Shown piece by piece: positions 19,281-29,257 of a stretch of 64,000 nucleotides of DNA. Source of the DNA: Planctomycetota bacterium (GTDB lineage Bacteria; Planctomycetota; Planctomycetia; Pirellulales; Lacipirellulaceae); the NCBI GenBank assembly GCA_039190745.1, contig JBCCXZ010000001.1:85620-149619 (forward strand), given 5' to 3'. Each line of letters begins with the position of its first letter. Positions within the stretch are counted from its first letter, which is position 1. The notes beneath the pieces were generated by a model. That model ran no database searches, was not told the DNA's origin, and saw nothing but the letters and a program-made list of their open reading frames with translations. Both the position numbers and the translations under genes were made by a program.

Positions 19281-21101
19281 CTAGGGTTTGTCTCGCGGCG
19301 GGACGTAACGCAGCCCCGTCGCGTCGGCGTTGAACAGCTCGACGGCCTTCTGCACCATCGGCTCGGCGGCGACTTCCGCGTCGGTGCGTCGGCGTGGTTT
19401 CGGTGTTTCGGGTTGGGAGTCGTCCTTCGTGGGCGCGAACGTTTCAAACCGCAGCTTGATCGGCCGGCCGGCGGCAGCGGCGAGCAAGGCTTCGAGCCGC
19501 TCGGTGTTGGCCGGCTCTTGGCAGCGGTCGTAGGCCATCGCGTCTGCCTCTGAGAACCCTACCACAACTTCGCTGTCGGCGACGGAGAACCGCGCCGCCT
19601 GCGCGGCGAAACCGCCGAGCAGGCCTTCGAGCTGCTCGGTGGCTGTTTGCCAGAGTGTCGGCAGCTGAGCTGTATCGAGCGGGCTTTGTTTGTTTCCCGG
19701 CGAAGCCGGGGGCGGCGTCGGAGCGGCGGCGGCCTGCGGTTCGTCCGCTGATTGGGTTTCGGCAACGGCTTGGGGTTCGGTCGGCGCGGGCGGCGGGCTT
19801 GGTGGTTCTTTAGATTCGAGCGCCGATGGCTCAGCCTGCGGCTTCGGTAGGGAAGGCTTCGGGCTGGCCGGCTGGATTTGCGGGCGGGGCGGGGCCGTCG
19901 GCAGCGGCTCGCCTGTCTTGAGTGTTTCGACCAAGCCCGCGATCGCGTCGAGGTCTTCCAGCCGGCAGATCCGCACCAACGCCATCTCCGCGAGGGTGCG
20001 GGCCTGCGTCGTGAGGCGCATGCGGGCGGTGGTTTGGTCGAGCACCTGAATCACCGCGAGCAGCGTGTCGACGCCCCAGGCGCGGCCGATGTCGGCGATC
20101 TCCGCGTGCTGGGCGGGCAGGGTGTTCAGCATCTGCTCCGGCGGGCATCCGACCGCTTGGGTCAGCGCGTCGCGTGCCGCGGCGAGCAATTGGTCGATCA
20201 CCTGCCCCACCTCCGAGCCGTCGGCCAACGCTCCGTCGAACGCGGCGAGCGCGGCGGCCGCGTCTCGGTTGACCAGCGGACGGACGATGGCGGTCAGGCG
20301 GGCAGCCGGGGCGAGTCCTAGCAGGCTGGTGACATCGGCGGAGGTGATCTCACTGCCGCCGGTGGCGAGCAGTTGCTCCAAGAGCGACTGGCTGTCGCGC
20401 ATCGAGCCGGCTGCCCGCATGGCCAGGAGGGCGACCGCTTCGTCGTCGATCCGCACGCCCTCAGCCTCGGCGATCTGCATGAGCCGCTCTTGGATCGACC
20501 CGGTCTCGATGCCGGCAAAGTCGAACCGCTGGCAGCGGGAGAGGATGGTGATCGGGATCTTGTTGGGCTCGGTTGTGGCGAAGACAAACTTCACGTGCTC
20601 GGGCGGCTCTTCGAGCGTCTTCAAGAGGGCGTTGAATGCCTCTTTGGTGAGCATGTGTACTTCGTCGATGATGTACACCTTGTGCCGGGCGCGGCTGGGG
20701 CGGACGGCGACGTTCTGGCGGAGCTGTCGGATCTCGTCGATGCCGCGGTTGCTCGCGCCGTCGATCTCGAGCACGTCGACGTCGCCGCCGGCGGAGACGC
20801 TCTCGCAGAGCTCGCACTTGCACGGGGCGGCGACAGCGCTAGGGCAGTTGATCGCCTTGGCGAAGATGCGGGCGGCGGAGGTCTTGCCGACGCCACGGGC
20901 TCCGGTGAAGAGGTATGCGTGCCCGACGCGGCCGGAGAGGATCGCGGCCCGGAGGGCGTCCGCCACGTGCTCCTGGCCGATGAGGTCGTCGAATGTCTGG
21001 GGCCGATAGCGGCGGGCGACGACGACGTAGGGTTTTGCCGCGTTGGTTGCTGCGGTGGCCGGCGGGGAGGTCTCGGCGTGGTTTTCCGGGCCGTCGTTCA
21101 T
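19281..21101 (-). CDS. dnaX: DNA polymerase III subunit gamma/tau
   Basis: ARRYRPQTF, GARGVGKTS, EIDGASNRGID, IIDEVHML, SRCQRF. Confidence 0.97.
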   Translation of the reverse strand: MNDGPENHAETSPPATAATNAAKPYVVVARRYRPQTFDDLIGQEHVADALRAAILSGRVGHAYLFTGARGVGKTSAARIFAKAINCPSAVAAPCKCELCESVSAGGDVDVLEIDGASNRGIDEIRQLRQNVAVRPSRARHKVYIIDEVHMLTKEAFNALLKTLEEPPEHVKFVFATTEPNKIPITILSRCQRFDFAGIETGSIQERLMQIAEAEGVRIDDEAVALLAMRAAGSMRDSQSLLEQLLATGGSEITSADVTSLLGLAPAARLTAIVRPLVNRDAAAALAAFDGALADGSEVGQVIDQLLAAARDALTQAVGCPPEQMLNTLPAQHAEIADIGRAWGVDTLLAVIQVLDQTTARMRLTTQARTLAEMALVRICRLEDLDAIAGLVETLKTGEPLPTAPPRPQIQPASPKPSLPKPQAEPSALESKEPPSPPPAPTEPQAVAETQSADEPQAAAAPTPPPASPGNKQSPLDTAQLPTLWQTATEQLEGLLGGFAAQAARFSVADSEVVVGFSEADAMAYDRCQEPANTERLEALLAAAAGRPIKLRFETFAPTKDDSQPETPKPRRRTDAEVAAEPMVQKAVELFNADATGLRYVPPRDKP

Positions 21102-21272
21102 ACTAGGACCCGCTTTGAGGAACCCGACCCGTTCTGAGGAAGCCCGCCTGTTGCGGGTCGCGGCCGGGGCGGCGATCGGCGATACTTGGTTTTGTCGGGG
21201 GAGGCGTTTCGTCGAGAGTGGTCCGTCGAGCGGGCCCGTCGCTGCGGCGTGGCCGCCGGCCCCGCGGCCGCC

Positions 21273-21368
21273 GGCGAGAGGCCCCCACACAAAGAAGCAC
21301 AAGCTTATGGCTGCTGTGTTTCCACCCTGACCAGGTTCGCAAGGCCCCCATTGCAGGGACCTCTCGCC
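21273..21368 (-). ncRNA. ffs: Signal recognition particle RNA (small bacterial SRP/4.5S)
   Basis: Terminal stem GGCGAGAGG...CCTCTCGCC with helix-8 core GTCAGGGTGGAAACACAGCAGC; usual position upstream of dnaX. Confidence 0.88.
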
Positions 21369-21472
21369 AGCGGCCGGGGAAAGCTCCCGGCAAGCACATT
21401 ATCGTAGGAGTTTGCGGAGGGGCCGTCAAAGGCCGCCCCGCTCGGATGTAGCCCCGCAAGCGGCCCGCAGAG

Positions 21473-22372
21473 ATGCACGATTGGCGTAACCTGTACCCGT
21501 TCGAATCCCACCGGTTGGACCTGGACGGCGGCGCACTGCACTACCTGGACGAGGGCCCGGCCGACGCGGAAGAAACCCTGCTGTTTGTGCACGGCAACCC
21601 GACCTGGTCGTTCCACTGGCGGGATTTCATCCTCTCCCTCCGCGACCAACGGCGCTGCGTGGCGCCCGACCACTTGGGCTGCGGGCTGAGCGATCCGCAG
21701 CCGCGGCCGCTGCGCTTGGCGGACCACGTGGAAAACCTCGTCGCGCTCGTCGAGCGGCTCGACCTCCGCCGGGTGACGCTCGTGGCGCAGGACTGGGGCG
21801 GGGCGATCGGGCTGGGTACTGTGCTGCGGCAGCGGGAGCGGTTTGAGCGGTTGGTGCTGCTGAACACCGGGGCGTTCCCGCCGTGGTTCATCCCGTGGCG
21901 GATCCGCGTGTGCCGGTGGCCAGTGTTTGGCAAGCTCGCTCTGCAGGGGGCGAACGCTTTCTCGCGGGCGGCGTTAACGATGACGCTCAGCCGCACGCGG
22001 AGGCTGTCGCCGGAGGTCGCGGCCGGGTACCTGGCCCCGTACGACAGCTGGTCACGCCGGGCGGCCGTGTACCAGTTTGTGAAAGACATCCCGCTCGGTC
22101 CGTCGCACCCCACATGGCAGACGCTCGCCGAGATCGACGCGGGGTTGCCGGGGCTGGCAGGTGTGCCCGCGCTCTTGTGCTGGGGGATGCGTGACTGGTG
22201 CTTTACGCCGGAGTGTTTGGAAAAGTTCCGCGGCTATTGGCCGGGGGCGCGGGTGTTGGAAATCGCCGATGCCGGGCACTGGGTGGTCGAGGACGCTGCC
22301 GAGGAGTGTTTGCAGGAACTGCAAGGTTTCTTGAGCAATACGCGGCAGCCCGCGGCGGGGGCGGCGACATGA
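21473..22372 (+). CDS. oleB: Alpha/beta hydrolase, haloalkane dehalogenase subfamily III, probable OleB beta-lactone decarboxylase
   Basis: LYPFES, HYLDEG, HGNPTWSF, APDHLGCGLSD, QDWGG nucleophile, LLNTGAF, WGMRDWCF, AGHWVVED. Confidence 0.72.
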   Translation: MHDWRNLYPFESHRLDLDGGALHYLDEGPADAEETLLFVHGNPTWSFHWRDFILSLRDQRRCVAPDHLGCGLSDPQPRPLRLADHVENLVALVERLDLRRVTLVAQDWGGAIGLGTVLRQRERFERLVLLNTGAFPPWFIPWRIRVCRWPVFGKLALQGANAFSRAALTMTLSRTRRLSPEVAAGYLAPYDSWSRRAAVYQFVKDIPLGPSHPTWQTLAEIDAGLPGLAGVPALLCWGMRDWCFTPECLEKFRGYWPGARVLEIADAGHWVVEDAAEECLQELQGFLSNTRQPAAGAAT

Positions 22373-23280
22373 GCGGGGCGGCGACCGAACGAGCGATCGC
22401 GGGTGCGCCGCCGCTGACGCTGGGCGGGCAGGTGACGCTCGCCTGCCTCTGGGAGGCAACGGCCCCCAAGCCGGGCAATGTCTACCGCGGCGCCGACTTC
22501 GAGGACCTGACGTACGCCGACTTCGTGACCAGCGCGGCGGTGGCGGGGCCGGCGATCGAATCAACGATCACGCAAGGCGTCGGTCGTGCTATGTTCGAGG
22601 CGGTGCGCGCCACGCAAGCGGCGGTGGCTACGAACACCAATCTTGGGCTGGTGCTGCTGATCGGCCCGCTGGCCGCGGTGGAGGACGAGGCTGTTTCACA
22701 AGAGGCGGTGCTCGGCGTGCTCGACCGGCTTGACGCGGAGGACACCCGCTGGGTGTACGAGGCGATCCGCGCCGCTACGCCCGGCGGCCTGGGGGAGGCC
22801 GAGGAGGCCGACGTCCGCGATGCACCGCCGGAGGAGCCGCTGCGGGACGTGATGGCGCTGGCCGCCGAGCGTGACTTAGTGGCCCGGCAGTACGCCAACG
22901 GTTTTGCGGAAGTGCGGCGGCTGGCGGAGCGGATCGGCGACGCCGCGGCGGCCGGGACGCCGCTTGCGGACGCGATTGTGGACGCCTTTGTTGGGCAAAT
23001 TGCCGAGTGCCCAGACACGCTTATCTCGCGGAAGCTCGGCGCAGAGGTGGCCGCCGAGGCGTCGGCCCACGCCGGGCGAGCTGCGGCATCAAAGAAGCTC
23101 GGGCCCGACGCCTACCGTGCGGCGCTGGGCGACCTCGATTTCTGGCTGCGTGCGGACGGCCACCGACGCAACCCCGGGGCGACGGCCGACTTGATCGGGG
23201 CGGCGTTGTTTGTGCTCCTGCGACGCGGGCGGCTGCGGTGGCCGGTGCGGTTCTATGGCACAGAAGGGGGCGAGCGGTGA
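22369..23280 (+). CDS. CitG-like triphosphoribosyl-dephospho-CoA synthase family protein (Orf7-type, C1/H4MPT-linked)
   Basis: EATAPKPGNV, NTNLGLVLL, PDTLISRK, RRNPGATADL; ATGA overlap. Confidence 0.85.
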   Translation: MSGAATERAIAGAPPLTLGGQVTLACLWEATAPKPGNVYRGADFEDLTYADFVTSAAVAGPAIESTITQGVGRAMFEAVRATQAAVATNTNLGLVLLIGPLAAVEDEAVSQEAVLGVLDRLDAEDTRWVYEAIRAATPGGLGEAEEADVRDAPPEEPLRDVMALAAERDLVARQYANGFAEVRRLAERIGDAAAAGTPLADAIVDAFVGQIAECPDTLISRKLGAEVAAEASAHAGRAAASKKLGPDAYRAALGDLDFWLRADGHRRNPGATADLIGAALFVLLRRGRLRWPVRFYGTEGGER

Positions 23281-23771
23281 GCGAGCGTTACCACGTCCGG
23301 CTGGAGAAAGAGCGGCACGTCTTCTCCGCGGCCCACTTCATCACCTACGGCGACGACGTGTGCGAGCCGCTGCACGGCCACAACTACCGCGTGGGGGTCG
23401 AGGTCCACGGCCCGCTGGAGCAGAACCAGTACGTGGTGGACTTCATCCTGCTGCGGGACCGGCTGCAGGAGATCGTCGACGCGCTCGACCACAAGATGCT
23501 GCTGCCGACCGGGCACCCGACCATCTCGGTGCGTGCCGAGGGCGCCGAGGTCGTGGCTCGGCACGGCGAGCGGCGGTGGGTGTTCCCTGCTGAGGAGTGC
23601 GTTCTGCTGCCGGTGGAGAACACCACAGCGGAGCGGCTGGCGTGGTACATCGGCGGGCGGCTGCGCGAGTTGTTGCCGGTTGAAGCGGTTGCAGCGATCG
23701 ATCGGATGCGGGTCGCCGTCGACGAGTGCGACGGGCAGTGGGGCGTTTGTGAGTTCGACGGCACGGCCTGA
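23277..23771 (+). CDS. 6-pyruvoyl-tetrahydropterin synthase family (COG0720), CExxHGH type
   Basis: FSAAHF, CEPLHGHNY, LDHKML, NTTAERLA; GTGA overlap. Confidence 0.88.
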   Translation: MSERYHVRLEKERHVFSAAHFITYGDDVCEPLHGHNYRVGVEVHGPLEQNQYVVDFILLRDRLQEIVDALDHKMLLPTGHPTISVRAEGAEVVARHGERRWVFPAEECVLLPVENTTAERLAWYIGGRLRELLPVEAVAAIDRMRVAVDECDGQWGVCEFDGTA

Positions 23772-23911
23772 GCATGGCGCGGGTGAGAAAACACACAATC
23801 GCGTTGACGACCTAGGTGGGTGACCTAAGTTTTCCCCGGCGGGTAAGAACGCCAGGCGGGCCCTGTAAGCGACGTGGTCGGCCGTAGAACTGCCTTTACT
23901 GGGGAGCCGCA

Positions 23912-24391
23912 ATGCAAGCTGAGTACATCAACCCCTTCGTGCGTTCGGTCATCGACACGTTCTCGACGATGGTGGAGTGCGACGCCCGCCGGGGAGAGCT
24001 CGGCCTCGACAAACAAGGGCCCCGCCCGTACCCCGTGAGCGGGGTGATCGGCCTCTCGGGCCGCGCCGCGGGCACGGTGGTGATCAACCTGTCGGAAGAG
24101 GTGGCCCTGAAGGTCGCCTCGACGATGCTGATGACCGAGTACACCGAGGTCGACGCCGACGTGGTGGACGCGGTCGGCGAGCTGGCGAACGTTGTCGCCG
24201 GCGGAGCCAAGGCCGAGCTCGAGGAGTTTGCCCTCTCGGTGAGCTTGCCGAACGTCGTGACCGGCGTCGGCCACGAGGTGCGATTCCCATCGAACACCAC
24301 CCCGATCGCCGTGCCGTTCGACACCGACTTCGGGCCATTCGAGCTGCAGGTTGGGTTTGAGGCGGTCGAAGAGCCGCTGACGACCTGCTAG
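23912..24391 (+). CDS. cheX: Chemotaxis phosphatase CheX
   Basis: EYINPF, VSGVIGLSG, DAVGELANVVAG, SLPNVVTG. Confidence 0.92.
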   Translation: MQAEYINPFVRSVIDTFSTMVECDARRGELGLDKQGPRPYPVSGVIGLSGRAAGTVVINLSEEVALKVASTMLMTEYTEVDADVVDAVGELANVVAGGAKAELEEFALSVSLPNVVTGVGHEVRFPSNTTPIAVPFDTDFGPFELQVGFEAVEEPLTTC

Positions 24392-24416
24392 TCCGAATCG
24401 GCAACTAAGAACAGAC

Positions 24417-24450
24417 AAGCCGGCGCTGCTAGCAGTGCCGGCTTTTTCTT
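24417..24450 (+). terminator. Probable intrinsic terminator after cheX
   Basis: GC stem AAGCCGGCGCTG/CAGTGCCGGCTT followed by a T-rich tail. Confidence 0.6.
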
Positions 24451-24626
24451 GCGCGGCTTGCAATCGACGTCTGTCGTTAAAGTCTGCTCAAGTTGCCTAG
24501 GCCGGTCATTCGATGGAAAGAGCGAAGGCCCGTACTGAGCACGCTGCTGCGCGCGGACGGGCGATTGGCTCTTCGTGTCGAACTCTTCAACCCGACCGCC
24601 GCAACCTGTCTGCAGGCGAAACCAAG

Positions 24627-25619
24627 ATGTCGAACATCCGCCGGGCCGCGATTCTGCTCACCTCGCTCCCAGAGGAGGACGCGGCGGACTTGATGACGCA
24701 CCTCGACCAGAAGGAGATCGAGCTGGTCTCGATCGAGATTGCCAAGCTGCAGGCGATTAGTGCGGCCGAACAGGAGGCGGCGATCCTGCAGTTCGCCGAG
24801 TCGAACCCCAACGTGGTGGGCTCCGAGCCGGGCGGGCTGGACAGGGCCCGGGCGCTGGTGCAGAAGGCGCTCGGCAAAGAGGCGGGTCAGGCGATCGAGA
24901 ACATTAGGCACTCGATCGAGGCCGTGCCGTTCGCGTTCCTACGTCAGGTCGACAGCCAGAACGTGCTCACCTACCTGGTGGACGAGCACCCGCAGACGAT
25001 CGCGTTGGTGCTTTCGCACCTGCCGCCGCCCGAGGCGTCGGCGATCCTCGCCGGCCTGCCGCCCGACCGGCAGTTGAGCGTCGTGCAGCGCATCGCTGAG
25101 ATGGGGCAGACCAACCCTGAGATCATCGAGGAGGTCGAACGCGGGTTGGAGAAGCGGATGTCGAGCGTGATGAGCCAGAGCTTCGAGAACGCCGGCGGCG
25201 TCGGCGCCGTCGCCGAGATGCTCAACGTCACCGACCGCGCCACCGAGCGGAACCTGCTGGAGAATCTCTCGCAGGAGGACCCCGACCTGGTCGAGGAGAT
25301 CCGCCGGCTGATGTTCGTGTTCGAGGACGTCGCCAAGTTCAACGACAAGGACATCCAGACCATCCTGAAGAGCGTCGAGAACTCGCAGTGGGGGATGGCC
25401 CTGAAGGGCGCGAGCCCCGAACTGAAGCAGAAGGTCTTCCGCAACATGTCGCAGCGGGCCGGCGAGATGCTAAAGGAGGAGATGGAGTTCATCGGCGCGG
25501 TGAAGCTCTCGGCGGTCGAGGAGAAGCAGCAGGAGATTGTCGACATCATCCGCAACCTCGAAGACACCGGCGAGATCGAGATCAACGCCGGCGGCGAGGA
25601 GGAAGAGCTGGTTCAGTAG
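24627..25619 (+). CDS. fliG: Flagellar motor switch protein FliG
   Basis: RAAILL, EHPQTIALVLSHL, GGVGAVAEML, MFVFED, NMSQRA. Confidence 0.95.
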   Translation: MSNIRRAAILLTSLPEEDAADLMTHLDQKEIELVSIEIAKLQAISAAEQEAAILQFAESNPNVVGSEPGGLDRARALVQKALGKEAGQAIENIRHSIEAVPFAFLRQVDSQNVLTYLVDEHPQTIALVLSHLPPPEASAILAGLPPDRQLSVVQRIAEMGQTNPEIIEEVERGLEKRMSSVMSQSFENAGGVGAVAEMLNVTDRATERNLLENLSQEDPDLVEEIRRLMFVFEDVAKFNDKDIQTILKSVENSQWGMALKGASPELKQKVFRNMSQRAGEMLKEEMEFIGAVKLSAVEEKQQEIVDIIRNLEDTGEIEINAGGEEEELVQ

Positions 25620-25635
25620 TTGTGTCGATTGTCAC

Positions 25636-25799
25636 AAGGAGATGGGGGGTGGTTGGGGATAAGGGGGTGAAAGAACGGAAGACTGTAGGAGGCCTCTCTG
25701 AGGCCGATTTCGCTTCGCTGAGTTTTCTCTAGTCGGCTTCAGAGAGGCCTCCTACAGAAAACGATCCCCGTCATTTCCAACATCTCCCCTATCCCCTTC
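25636..25799. repeat. Purine-rich inverted-repeat element enclosing a GTAG-REP pair (25683-25757)
   Basis: AAGGAGATGGGGGGTGGTTGGGGAT ... CTGTAGGAGGCCTCTCTGAGGCCGA/TCGGCTTCAGAGAGGCCTCCTACAG ... CCAACATCTCCCCTATCCCCTT. Confidence 0.7.
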
Positions 25800-25893
25800 T
25801 CTTCCATGCGCCTCGTAAGCTAGGGCTCCTTGGACCGCTTGAGGCGTTCGGTTAGCATCGGCGTTCTTCCGCCCGCAGTGAGGACGCCCGCCG

Positions 25894-28512
25894 ATGGCTT
25901 CGGCTTCGAAACCACCCACCCCGATGATGCAGCAGTACCACGAGGCCAAAGAGGCCGCGGGGGACGCGCTTTTGCTCTTCCGGATGGGCGACTTCTACGA
26001 ACTCTTCTTCGAGGACGCGAAGACCGCCGCGGCGATGCTGGGTCTGTCTCTCACCAGCCGCGACAAGGGCGAAAACCCCGTGCCGATGGCGGGGTTCCCA
26101 CACCACCAGCTCGACCAGTACCTGGCGAAGATCATCGCCGCCGGCCGCCGCGCCGCGGTGTGCGAGCAGGTCGAGGACCCCCGGCAGGCGAAGGGCATCG
26201 TCCGCCGCGAGGTGACGCGCGTGGTGTCTCGGGGTACAGTGACCGACGACGCGCTGCTCGACCCCGCGGAGAACAATTTCCTGTTGGCCGTGGCACCGGG
26301 CGAGCCGTGCGGGCTGGCTTGGATCGACGTCAGCACCGGCCGGTTCGAGGCGGGCGTGTGCGACCCGTTCTGCCTGCCGGACGAGGTGGCGCGGCTGGAG
26401 CCGGCGGAGCTGCTCACTTCGGACGATGCCGCCCCGCTGCCGGCGGCGTGCAGCGAGAAGCGTATGGTCACCGGCCGGCCGGGCTGGGCGTTCGGCGTCG
26501 ACGCAGCGTACGACGCATTGCGGAAGCAATTCGGCGTGCAGACGCTCGACGGGTTCGGATTCACCGAAGACGACGCCCCGGCGGTGCGTGCGGCGGGCGC
26601 CGTGATCGATTACCTCAACGAGACCCAGCCGGGGCTCTTGGCGAACGTCGACCGCGTAACGCCGTACCGCGTGGGGCAGTCCCTGGAGATCGACGCCGCT
26701 TCGCGTCGGAGTTTGGAGATCACTCAGACGCTGCGTGACGGCCGGCGGGAGGGTTCGCTGTGGGCCGTGATCGACCGGACGGTCACGTCGGCGGGCGCGC
26801 GGCTCTTGGGCGATTGGCTCGCCAACCCGCTGACCGACCCGCGGCGGATCGAGGCGCGGCTTGAGGCGGTCGATGAGCTAGTCGGGGACGAGTCGCTCAC
26901 CAAGGCCATCCGTGAGCAGTTGCGCGGCGTCTACGACACGCAGCGGCTGCTCTCGCGCGTGGTGAGCGGCCGGGCGTCGCCCCGGGATCTGTCGTTTGTG
27001 GGGCGGACGCTCGCGCTGCTGCCCAAGCTGAAGGCGAAGCTCACCGGCCGGACGTCGGCCAGGCTGGGGCAGCTCGAGTCGCGGATCGACCTGTGCGGCG
27101 AGCTGCGCGACCGGCTCGACGGGGCGCTCGCGGACGACTGCCCGCTGACCAGCCGCGAGGGTGGCTTCATCCGCACCGAGTATAGCGAAGAGCTCGATCA
27201 ACTCCGCGAGCTGATGAAGGGCGGCAAGCGGTGGATGGCCGAGTACCAGGCGAAGGCTGTCGCCGAGAGCGGCATCCCCAACATCAAGGTCGGTTTCAAC
27301 AAAGTCTTTGGCTACTACCTGGAAGTCACGCACGCACACCGCGACAAGGTGCCGGCCGAGTTCATCCGCAAGCAGACGCTGAAGAACGCCGAGCGGTACA
27401 TCACGCCGGAGCTGAAGGAGTACGAAGAGAAGGTGCTCACCGCCCAGGAGCGGGCATTTGATCTCGAGCACGAGCTGTTTGTTGAGCTCCGCGGCGTGGT
27501 GGCCGATGCGGCGAAGCGGCTGCAAGCGACGGCGGCGGCGCTGGCGGAAATCGACGTGCTTGCGGGGCTCGCCGACCTCGCGCGTTCGAGCGGCTACGTC
27601 CGGCCGACAATCGTCGACGAGCCGGTCTTGGACATCACGGCCGGCCGGCACCCGGTGCTCGATGTGCTCGAGCCGGCCGGGACTTTCGTTCCGAATGACA
27701 TAGCGGTTAGCTCACAGTCCGAAGAATCCGCAATTCTGCTGATTACGGGCCCCAACATGGCGGGGAAGAGCACTTACATCCGGCAGGCGGCGCTCTTGCA
27801 GTTGCTCGCGCAGATCGGCAGCTTTGTGCCGGCCGAGCGGGCGACCGTCGGCGTGGCGGACCGGATTTTCGCCCGCGTGGGGGCGAGCGACGACCTGGCC
27901 GGCGGGCGGAGCACGTTTATGGTCGAGATGACCGAGACGGCCCGCATTCTCAACACGGCCACGCGGCGCAGCTTAGTGATCCTCGATGAGATCGGCCGCG
28001 GCACGAGCACCTACGACGGGCTCTCGCTGGCGTGGGCGGTGGTCGAGCACCTGCACAACGAGGTCGGCTGCCGGACCCTATTCGCCACGCACTACCACGA
28101 GCTAACCGAGCTGGCCGACGAGCTGCCGCGCGCCGGGAACCTCAACGTGGCGGTGAAGGAGTGGGAGGGCACAGTGGTGTTCCTGCACCGCATCGTGGCG
28201 GGGGCGGCGGACAAGAGCTACGGCATCCACGTGGCGGAGCTGGCCGGCGTGCCGCGGGGGGTCAATCGGCGAGCGGAGGAGATCCTTGCCGACCTGGAAG
28301 GCGGCCGCCGCCGGGTCGACGCGCCGCAGAACGGGGCGCCGCGTCCGTCGGGCGCTTATCAGATGAAGCTGTTCGAGACGGTCGACCACCCGCTCTTGGA
28401 GGCGATCCGCTCGGCCGACCTGGAGCAGACGACGCCGCTGGAGGCGCTGCAGCTGGTGGCGGCGTGGCAGCGGCAGCTCGAGGGCGAAGCGGCGAAGGCG
28501 AAGCCGCGCTAG
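25894..28512 (+). CDS. mutS: DNA mismatch repair protein MutS
   Basis: TPMMQQY, FRMGDFYELF, TGPNMAGKST, STFMVEM, DEIGRGTS, ATHYHEL. Confidence 0.98.
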   Translation: MASASKPPTPMMQQYHEAKEAAGDALLLFRMGDFYELFFEDAKTAAAMLGLSLTSRDKGENPVPMAGFPHHQLDQYLAKIIAAGRRAAVCEQVEDPRQAKGIVRREVTRVVSRGTVTDDALLDPAENNFLLAVAPGEPCGLAWIDVSTGRFEAGVCDPFCLPDEVARLEPAELLTSDDAAPLPAACSEKRMVTGRPGWAFGVDAAYDALRKQFGVQTLDGFGFTEDDAPAVRAAGAVIDYLNETQPGLLANVDRVTPYRVGQSLEIDAASRRSLEITQTLRDGRREGSLWAVIDRTVTSAGARLLGDWLANPLTDPRRIEARLEAVDELVGDESLTKAIREQLRGVYDTQRLLSRVVSGRASPRDLSFVGRTLALLPKLKAKLTGRTSARLGQLESRIDLCGELRDRLDGALADDCPLTSREGGFIRTEYSEELDQLRELMKGGKRWMAEYQAKAVAESGIPNIKVGFNKVFGYYLEVTHAHRDKVPAEFIRKQTLKNAERYITPELKEYEEKVLTAQERAFDLEHELFVELRGVVADAAKRLQATAAALAEIDVLAGLADLARSSGYVRPTIVDEPVLDITAGRHPVLDVLEPAGTFVPNDIAVSSQSEESAILLITGPNMAGKSTYIRQAALLQLLAQIGSFVPAERATVGVADRIFARVGASDDLAGGRSTFMVEMTETARILNTATRRSLVILDEIGRGTSTYDGLSLAWAVVEHLHNEVGCRTLFATHYHELTELADELPRAGNLNVAVKEWEGTVVFLHRIVAGAADKSYGIHVAELAGVPRGVNRRAEEILADLEGGRRRVDAPQNGAPRPSGAYQMKLFETVDHPLLEAIRSADLEQTTPLEALQLVAAWQRQLEGEAAKAKPR

Positions 28513-28716
28513 CCGCTCGTAGCAATATGCCTGACTCAGAGCCCCGAGCGTCAGCGAGGGGGCAAAAGGCGTGTGAACCGCGGAGGACGTGGAGGCAGTC
28601 AGAGAGGGGGGCTGGTTGGGGCGTTTACTCCGGTTGCTGGAATCTGCCCGAGGCGTACTCTAGGATGCAGGGGTGAGGCCTGCGGCAACCCATCCAAGTG
28701 ACGAGAGCGAACCTCC

Positions 28717-28971
28717 ATGAGCCCCAACGCCGAGAGCATTCTTGCTTCCGCGATGGAGTTGCCCGCCGAAGAGCGGGCGGCGCTGATCGATGCTCTGAAC
28801 CTGAGTCTGCTCCGCTCGGGTGTCGATGAGGGGCAGGCTGAAGAAGTGCAGAGCGCGTGGGGTGATGAGATCGCCCGGCGGCTGGAGGAGATCGAGAGCG
28901 GCAGGGTGAAGCTCGTGCCCGCGGACGAAGCCGAGAGGATGATCCGCGGCGATGAGCGACCTCAAGTTTGA
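28717..28971 (+). CDS. Addiction-module antitoxin (TIGR02574-like)
   Basis: LPAEERAALIDAL..AWGDEIARRLEEIESGRVKLVP; overlaps toxin. Confidence 0.85.
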   Translation: MSPNAESILASAMELPAEERAALIDALNLSLLRSGVDEGQAEEVQSAWGDEIARRLEEIESGRVKLVPADEAERMIRGDERPQV

Positions 28972-29257
28972 GTACCACTCTGAGGCGATCATAGAGGCGC
29001 ACGAAGCGTACCATTGGTACGCGTCTAAGAGCGAAGAAGTCGCCGATCGCTTCTGGTTGCGGCTACAGAGCAGACGGATTGCAGTCACACGGAACCCAGC
29101 CGTGTGGACGCCCTACCTGCGCGGCACGCGCTGCGTTCTGCTGAGGCCGTTTCCCTACGGCTTGGTATTCGTCGAGCGAGCCGACACGATTGTTGGCGTG
29201 GCGGTTGCTCATCTTCACCGCAGGCCGGGCTATTGGCGCGGTCGGCTTGAGGATTGA
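28952..29257 (+). CDS. RelE/ParE family type II toxin
   Basis: EA..EAYHWY, RCVLLRPFPYGLVF, VAVAHLHRRPGYW. Confidence 0.87.
   Translation: MSDLKFEYHSEAIIEAHEAYHWYASKSEEVADRFWLRLQSRRIAVTRNPAVWTPYLRGTRCVLLRPFPYGLVFVERADTIVGVAVAHLHRRPGYWRGRLED

Noticed and set aside
19281..21101. Programmed frameshift in dnaX
   Set aside because: No A6G or long A-run slippery site seen; only a Pro-rich linker
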